Source: Catajapyx aquilonaris (Eukaryota). From it: a DNA stretch of 64,000 bases. The position numbers and the translations under genes are program-made. A model generated the notes under the pieces. That model searched no databases, had not been told where the DNA came from, and was given only the letters and a program-made list of their open reading frames with translations. Shown in pieces: positions 55,901 to 64,000 of this stretch. Each line of letters opens with the position of its first letter. Position 1 is the stretch's first letter. The stretch spans positions 1 through 64,000 of the forward strand of contig KZ538446.1 of NCBI GenBank assembly GCA_000934665.2, read 5' to 3'.

Positions 55901-58865
55901 GAGAGTGAGCGACATGTGCGAATATCGCGAGTGCGACTGACACCTCACCCCCTACCTCCTCAACTCCTGTAAGTCAACTCACCCTGCTGGAGTAAGTGCG
56001 ATATGATCAACTGTCATCTACACATCACACGCATTAAGAGTTAGGTGTAGCCGTATATCGATTCCTGCATTGCCAGCTCATATCATTTGTCGACTTCTTT
56101 TGCATTGTTGCTTGGAATATAATATTCTTTTTGGTCAAGAAGGTGTCTCAGAATTATCGACAATGAAAGAGCAGTCATTAAATTGCTGTACTTTTTGATC
56201 CCAAAATTATTATGCGTCATTCTAGATTGCATTGGAATCAGTAAACACGTGAACATATTTAAGCATAATTATACTCGTACATGTAATTAAGGATAGGCGG
56301 ATAACGCTGTTTTATGCACAAAAGTGCATGAATATATTCAACTGACAGAATAATAATTCAAAGGGATTGTATGGCCCAGCAAATTATACGTAACACACTT
56401 GATTGAATAACGTTATGCACATAGTCTACACATAATAATATATTATACTCCTATACTTATGAGTAAACAATTTTACATATTTAGAAACAAAAATTAATAA
56501 AATACACACAAAAATGATATGTCCGCAGTAAGAGGGTAGATGTTGTTTATTTATTCAAAATTTTACCTAACTTAATATAATTTAAAATCACTAACTTTTA
56601 TCATTTATGCCGATGGACATTATTTTCAAACCTTCGCATGCACCACTTTGATCGTTCTGCATTCAGAAAATTACATATGTGCAATTTGCACAAAACGCAG
56701 TACCCATTCGCCTCAGTTCCCCGTACAGCACACGATGTACTGTGCAAAACCTTCTGTTCCAGATATGAAAAGAAGTACTGCCTTTTATATGATTATGTCT
56801 ATTAGAGCATACACACATACTCCATTGTTGCCTATTGAATTAGCGCTCATCTTTCTTCCAGCCCCCCCCCCCAAAAAAAAACCGGCTTAAGCACTACTTT
56901 CATATGCATATGTGGAGTAATAAGGTCGCGGATCGTGTCAAGTCGCTGACTCGAGCATTTCCCTTTTCCATGTTGCTCGGGTCCGCTTAATTCCTATTAA
57001 TTAAGCAGGATCATTAGATTGACGTTGCCGGTCTCATGTAGACACTGCCTTCCCCTTTGATCTTTTGAGTGTGACGTTACTTATTTAAGAGCAGTAGGGA
57101 GGGGGGGATGGGTCCGAATTGAATCAGTCGTGTATAAAAGAATCAAAAGTGTTCTCTCCCTCGATACAGCACGGAAAAGGACTTCTCCTAACGCACGGCC
57201 TGTCCTTAAAAAATTAATAACCGAGGGTTGGAAGAGCATCAATTTTTCTTGCACGTCAGATGTTATCACCAGGGCCCCCTCGCCATCGGAATCGCTTTGT
57301 GTAGAACATAAAGTGCCTCTCGGAATTCACACCAAGTAAATTGCTATCAAGCCTCGGCGGTAAATCCGCACCTGGTGTTCCCCTGTATCAGATCATTTTG
57401 TTTCCTCCGCAGCACTGGATAACGAAGCAGTAGATAAAAAAAGAAAATAGAAAAACAAGGTTCTGGCACTGCTTCTGCTTCCTTTTTTCTGACGTGATTC
57501 ATGCAGGAGCTGGGCACTGCGCATGTTGAGGAGACATAAATCTACTCAGGCAAAAGCAACGCTTGTATATACGCGCTGTCTCACATTTGAAGATTTAGCG
57601 ACGCCGTATTTCAGCTATGTCGAATTTACAGTTCGTGTTCCATCGGAACCGAGTGGACGCCAGACTTGCTGCACGTGACAGAAATCATTTGCGCGTAATA
57701 TATTTCCCTCAGACCCGACCCCACCCACCCACCGCCACCCATTCTGCTTCATGGCTGTACAGTACAGCTCGGATGTCTTCACTGTACTGCTTCCAAGATC
57801 GTTTCAATATAACGCCCATGAGACAATAACTTCTTATCAAAAAGGCGGGATTGTACAGTGGTAAAAAAAATCGGCTTAGGCTGGAAAAGTGACGGAAATT
57901 ATCAAAAAAGAAGATTTGTCATGTACTGCTGAAATTAATGATTCCACTGTTACTTTTACGACCGAAAATGTTTCTTCTTAATTTCAACTGATACAAATAA
58001 GTAGTATCCCAAGAGAGATGGTCTACTTACCGTAAGCAACATTTCTTTCTTCTTGGATCTCCCTGTATAGGCTATCCAGACATCAGCCGCAATACTGTAG
58101 TTCAATAACTTCAACAACAACGGAAGCACATCACATCAAGTCATACGAAGTCTGCGCCTATAAGTTGGTAGAAATACCTTGTTGAATTAAAGTCATGTAA
58201 TATTATTTCTCCTGCTAATACAATATAAAATTTTCCGGATGCGCATCAGCGTACAGTAGACTATTTTACTACTGTACGGCATAATTATAACATACTGAAC
58301 TGTAGCCGAATATTTTCCCGGAGCAAACTATCTCTTGTTCACTGCACGTTGCAGCGTGTAGTTTTACAAAATAGGCTAAAACACAATGTATATTTTTCAT
58401 ATTTAAGCCAAAATAGCGCCTCTCACGCAGATATTTACAGATGTGTTGTTTGTTGACTCCACAAAATACTCATAAGCAGCTCACGGCATTCCTGACAATG
58501 AACCGGCCAGCAATACAATACTGACCTGTAATCCTTAAATGCAATTTTGAACCATAATTAAAATAAATAGTGTGCAACCATGCAAGCTGGAACACACTCT
58601 GCCTAACTTTAACGTCGTTTCCATATCAAATCTGAGTCCAAACCCATCCTCACCAAGAGTGATTCTGGTATGTACCACGAACACTATATTATTTTCATTA
58701 CTTTTATTATCCAATAAGTAATTCTTTTTGAAGTTCCCGACATGTTAACTAAAGTAACGATGCATCACGACCAAAAACCCAATTCGGGGAACACGGTCAC
58801 GAACCAGTACCGGTACCCGCTTTGCTTATGGCCCGTGCAGTGCACCTGCTCTCAAATTAAAGCCA

Positions 58866-58868
<3 letters not shown>

Positions 58869-58903
<35 letters not shown>
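58869..58903. repeat. (CT)17 microsatellite
   Basis: Uninterrupted CT run. Confidence 0.95.
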
Positions 58904-58907
<4 letters not shown>

Positions 58908-59191
58908 TTCCGTGGTGCGGCCAGGATTTTGCAAAAGGTGTGGCAAAAGCAGAGAGAGTCCCATCCCTCATGTAAGCCCCCATGGTTGGAGAAACTAAGA
59001 GCAGTAAGCGGTAATTCAGTTGGGTCGGAAGCGGTGCAGAAATTCCATTCTGACTGAACGACATTAATTACAAGTTAGGCAAACCTTGCCAGATGATTGC
59101 GATCGCAAATGGAAAATTCATTTGTGTTTCTCTCTCAAAGGCTGCAAATCACCTGATTTTGTGAAAAGAAACGTGTAACTCAAGTAGGTGC

Positions 59192-59240
59192 GGGGGGGGG
59201 GGGGGGNNNNNNNNNGGGGGGGGGGGGGGGGGGGGGGGGG
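59192..59240. other. Poly-G tract containing a 9-N gap (59207-59215)
   Basis: Seen directly in the sequence. Confidence 0.97.
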
Positions 59241-61382
59241 CTCCTTTTTTGGGTAAACAAGTTTCCAGGAAATTTGCGAGCAGGCTTAATCCAAAAGGGA
59301 GCAACAAAGTGCGATTGATGTGACTCTTTAAGGTCTTTCGTCTAGCTCTTTTTTTCTCTCTCCCTGTGTGCTGGATCCCTGTTTGATCCGGATCGAGGTC
59401 CCAATTTGGACGCGCGTGCCACGACTGGTCGAAATAAAAACAGGCCCCGGAAAAATCAACTATTTACGTATTCCATTTGTTGGCTGATGACATTTCACTT
59501 TCGCCGCGCTCCAAACCAGGCCTATGTCACGCCCCAGCTTCGTTTATGGGGTGGGGGTAAAGGGGAATAGCTCAGGGTAAACATGCCAAGTCCAGATTTT
59601 ACCCCTTCTGTGACTGTGTAATGTGCTGTACACACTGAAACTTAAATTCTGTGGTCAATTTCTCCAAATGTGCTAACAAATGCAATTTTTGCGGAAATGG
59701 CAAGAATGACAGTTGGCAGGATCTAAATATTAAATGGATTAAAATTGCAAGGGTGAGAAGCTGGACATTCTCTAATAATGCGGTGATGTCCGCAAGTCCT
59801 ATGCATTATTGTGCAGCATTAACAATTAAGCGCACAAAGCAAGTGTCCAGCCCCTAAAAATATACAACAATGACTGATGCAGCTTTGCATATTTCATAAT
59901 GCTTCAGACAAGAGCAACACCGCATTGAATATTTTACACCCATGCACAATTTTCTGAAAAATTTTTATAACTAATTTCCAGCAGCTTTTAGCCATATTCG
60001 CGGAGGGGATGAATTGAAGGGCTTCCAAACTTGAATTTTCGGGAGCACTTTTAGTTTATGAACCTCAGTCAGCTCTCAGCGATATATTCAGCTGGGGGCT
60101 CATCCCTTCTTGTCTCAAGTTCTTATACGCACAATCGCAATCCTGGGAGGCGAATCCTTACCACAACCTCTCATTTGGCGCGAGCTTTAATTCCAGCCCC
60201 GGGAAACGGGCTTATCTCAAAACCAAAGCCGGGCAAAAGCCCTGGGGGTCCTTCCCAGCCCTGGGATTTTGGGGGGAGAGCTGCGCAGAAAACGCTTTCG
60301 TCATAGAGATTTAGATTCCCTCAGGACAGGCCTTTAGGCGTGCTATCGAAGCCTGATATCGACATACTACCCCCTCCCCCTCCTACCAGCCAAAAAAATT
60401 GTCCTCTCAGACTTTTTAGGGGAGAGCTATGTGTAATAGGGAGGGGCAAAACCCAGACCTCGATTGATTGGCCGGATCTGGGCGAGAAAAATGCTCGATT
60501 TATTCCTCCAGAATCCGCATTACATATTCGCTGACAAATCTGCAAAATTACATTTTACGTGGTGGAGATAATGCAAAGGTAAAGCTGTTCTATTGAACTC
60601 ACATTGACCGGGAGATACACAAAAGCGACAAAAAATTGGAACAGTCTCAAAAGAAATATGCCATACATTTTTCTCCCCAATGAAATATCGTTATTTCAGG
60701 CACTAATTTCATGCGCTCTGATTGCACCGAGATATTGCCAATCCTCATAAATTGGGGAACCGTGACCCGGAATATGAATGCACGTTGGGGCATTAGATGA
60801 AAATGTCCGCCACCTCATCAGCGCTCATTATGAAACTAACGCCCTCTTCCCAACTTCCTTCTTAATTGCACCAGTTAATTCATCATATTCTCTCTCTCTC
60901 TCTAGCTCTCTGTCTCTCTATCTATATCTATATTCTTCTCTTTTCGTGTACATTTGAGCCATTCGCTTGAGCAAGTACCATCCCTCTTCATTAAACTCAG
61001 CTCTGATTTCGGATCGACACGCTACGATGAAACCATTCCCATTGTTCTGTCAAGGCATGACGGAAACCATAAACACAGCGGAATTTCGCGCTGACTAATT
61101 TTGCTAAGTAACATTCCCTTCGGAAGTGCCGCCCTCTTCTCTCTCTTTCTCTCTCGCTCATTTTTTTTGCGACAATTCAACCGTATTCAATCTATCTGTG
61201 ATGTGGCATGTGCTTCCTAGACAGCAATAAAGTTCGCGTTAAATTTCGCCTTTGGTGTTGCAACAACCTCTCAAAAAGCGAGAGACACACAAAAGAAGCA
61301 TCCTCCTTTTTCAGGATTTTTTTTTCAGCGAATAGGACATGGTCGTATGAAGAAGTCTGGCACATACCCAGCATAGAGTTGG

Positions 61383-61385
<3 letters not shown>

Positions 61386-61427
<42 letters not shown>
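61386..61427. repeat. (TC)21 microsatellite
   Basis: Uninterrupted TC run. Confidence 0.95.
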
Positions 61428-61430
<3 letters not shown>

Positions 61431-64000
61431 TGGATGATCGATCTTTCGATTCATTCTTCTGCAGCGCCAAGCCTTTCCTGTGCGCTATAAGGAGAGATGG
61501 CCCTTTCGATCTGAGTTTGCACATTTTTTGGGAGGGGGACGTTGAAAGCAACAGAGGAACCCGCCCTTTTTTTGCCTCCAAATATTCATAGTTGATGCAA
61601 ACTGTGCACTTTCAGATAAGCTGGCCTTCTCTCTTAGACGCAACGTTGTTCGAGAGTCTCCTTTTGCACCATTTATTTGCCATTGACGCAAATGTCACGG
61701 ACACATCCAGTGGCTTCAGGCTGCGTGTAGACTACATGACAAGGTGATCACAGAATAGTGTCGAAGAGCCAAAATATAACCGATCATTTTATAGTCCGAA
61801 CTAGAAATCGCCTTTTTTGAAAGAAAAAAATGGGCTACGCTTTCAAATGTGGGTCGCGACTATCTATGCGACTAAATTGTCGACACGCACAGGACAAAAA
61901 AATGACGTTTGAATGTGTCTCCCCATGACCGCTCCGGGTATTAATTGACGTGAAGCAGAGTGTGGGGGGCGTGAAATAGTGCGGAAGCTTCCAGGACAAT
62001 GCTGGAGTGGCCTGGACAAAAATAGAAAGCGTCCTCCAAACCGTGAGATCCTTTCAAGCTGCTTTATTCCGCTCATGTGCACCAATTATGCTCCAGAAAA
62101 ATTAAAGGACATCGGATTGACTCCAAGCGTAAATTAATCGGCGAATCGCAGCTGGTTGCGGAATAATTAAAACCTTTCCCTAATGGTCGATCAACAGAAA
62201 ACAAGTTGTTTATCCACGCTCCAGAGGAGCTTAAAAACCTGGATTTCTACCTCCCTTGCGTTAAAACTAATTCCAGCACTAATTCTCGCAAAAACTGGCA
62301 CAATTGATAATCGCCGAGGTCAATTTTGTAGCAAATATTGTGTCGGCGAAACTACCCCAACATCCAGCCTAATTAAAACAGTCCCCGTGAGGATTTTCTA
62401 CCTGGTTGCAGAAAAGCCAGAAAGCATCAGTCAGCTTCCTGCAAGACCACATTTATCTCTCGCAAGCAACACTTTACAAATGGGGGGCTTTCAGAAGCTT
62501 CTGCTAGCTAGCGGTGGAGGTACTGAAAAGCGGGCATCAAGTGAGAGAAGGAAGAAGAGAGAAAAAAAATTGGCGGCTTCAACTCTGCGAATTTCACATA
62601 AAAGCCAAGACCTTGTTCTACTAAAAAAATAGTCGGTTCGGTTTTCTCTAGAGATATTTTAAAGTGGGGTATGTACGTGAAAGTTACTCTTCTTCATTAT
62701 GGTGTACACGCTCAAAAAAATGCGGTCTCGACGGAATATTGCGCAGAATTTTATTTTAGTTCCGGTAATTTTCGTGTACTATAAAAGAAGAGTGGTTCAA
62801 AAATAGTCCTTTGGCTGGGAAGGGAAGCGTTCCGTGTCCTGATCAATATTGTATGGCGCGAACAACGGACCCCGGTGGTTTAAAGGCAGGGTCTGCCACA
62901 CACGGAGAATTACCTGCCGTAATCTTATCTCGGGTGTTAAATTTGTAAGGGCCCCCTTCCCCGGCAGCCCAAAGAGCATGCCGCAATCCTGGAGAGTCGG
63001 ACATGTTCTAGTGGGATTCAGATTAAAGAGGGTATGATGCAGATTATCTTCTCCTCTCTTGACCGAAACCCATTTTCCAGCAATCGGTATTTTCATCTGT
63101 ACAAAAAGAGAGAAAAACTACAAAAACAGATCTACAAATACTAAAATTAACTTATGGACGTTATCACTACTATCATCATGTTACTTACCAGTGAAACGAT
63201 GATGACCAGCCTAACCCATAAATGTGAAATTCACTAATTAGTTATATTAAATATTTGTAATAATATAATGATTTAACTCTGAATTTTGAATGACATATTG
63301 ACATGACATATGTAGAAACTCAATTCAGTATTTTGGCAAATGATTTTATGCCCATTTGAAATTGCTCGTGTTATTGGCAAACACACGGAAATATTTTCCA
63401 GTTCGAAATATTTCCATAATTATCTGATATGCGAAAAATCGGGGCACCAAAGTATTTGCGTATGATTTTTCAGCATACGCATAATTACACGCAAAACTGG
63501 CGTTTAAATCAAACGCACCATTAAAACTAATTAACTTATGCGCTTGTGGAGTTCAGCTCAGTACATTGCCAATTAACAGATGAAGGGATTGGAATTAACT
63601 AGCTAAAATAGAGCAATAGAATTGCTTCATACTGTGACAGTCATCTGCAATCCAACAGCTGTGAAACAGCTGGTGTGACAGTCTAGTTGAAAAGTCTTCA
63701 CGGACGGCCGAACATCAAAATTTTTTCGACATGCTTCACTTTCAAAAAAAAAATCCCGCTCAGTGAGAGATTACGCCATGAATTAACCAGCCCTCCAAAT
63801 TTTTGCACAAAAAAAAAACTCAACTTGTTACGCTAAAACTTACGACCTTTCTCTACTCTTTTTTTCCTATTAAAGTTAAAGCCTCTCGCAGCAGTCAATG
63901 CACTTTGCAGGCCCCGCATGTAAACGCACTTTGCTAAAAGGGCTTTCCCGTCCACCTGAGTCCCATAGTACTGGCATAAAGTCGCAGGTGAACCTTTTGC

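Larger units (their letters stand above)
52925..64000 (+). other. Probable long intron (>11 kb) interrupting Ig1 and running out of the window
   Basis: Starts gtaagt. No exon beginning VSW-x-R was recognised by eye or in the ORF track downstream. Confidence 0.6.

Overview
This is eukaryotic, almost certainly arthropod, genomic DNA from a draft assembly, with N gaps next to poly-G runs. It is not prokaryotic and is almost entirely non-coding, so nearly all ORFs in the supplied track look spurious. The only convincing gene is the 5' part of a + strand Ig-superfamily cell-recognition gene of the Dpr (defective proboscis extension response)/zig-8-like family. It has a signal-peptide exon (ATG 43937, donor after 44009) that the ORF track misses, an 8.7 kb intron, and an exon at 52692-52924 encoding a linker plus the first part of Ig1. 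The joined N-terminus is MGGSWILLGCLVMQIMRVQAAFESADRPPDRQQNFQKFFWFEFTTAPLSPIYYDEYEVGTETPATQEPLPYFESDMATANVTAQLGDTAFLHCRVHDLNDKT. I could not find the next exon (expected to begin VSW), so it probably lies beyond the window. The rest is upstream, 5'-UTR-intronic or intronic DNA containing (TC)n microsatellites, an alternating-unit minisatellite, a palindromic mini-repeat and possible Tc1/mariner end remnants. I found no support for a new multi-gene system, CRISPR array, RNA gene or intact transposon; the findings are modest.
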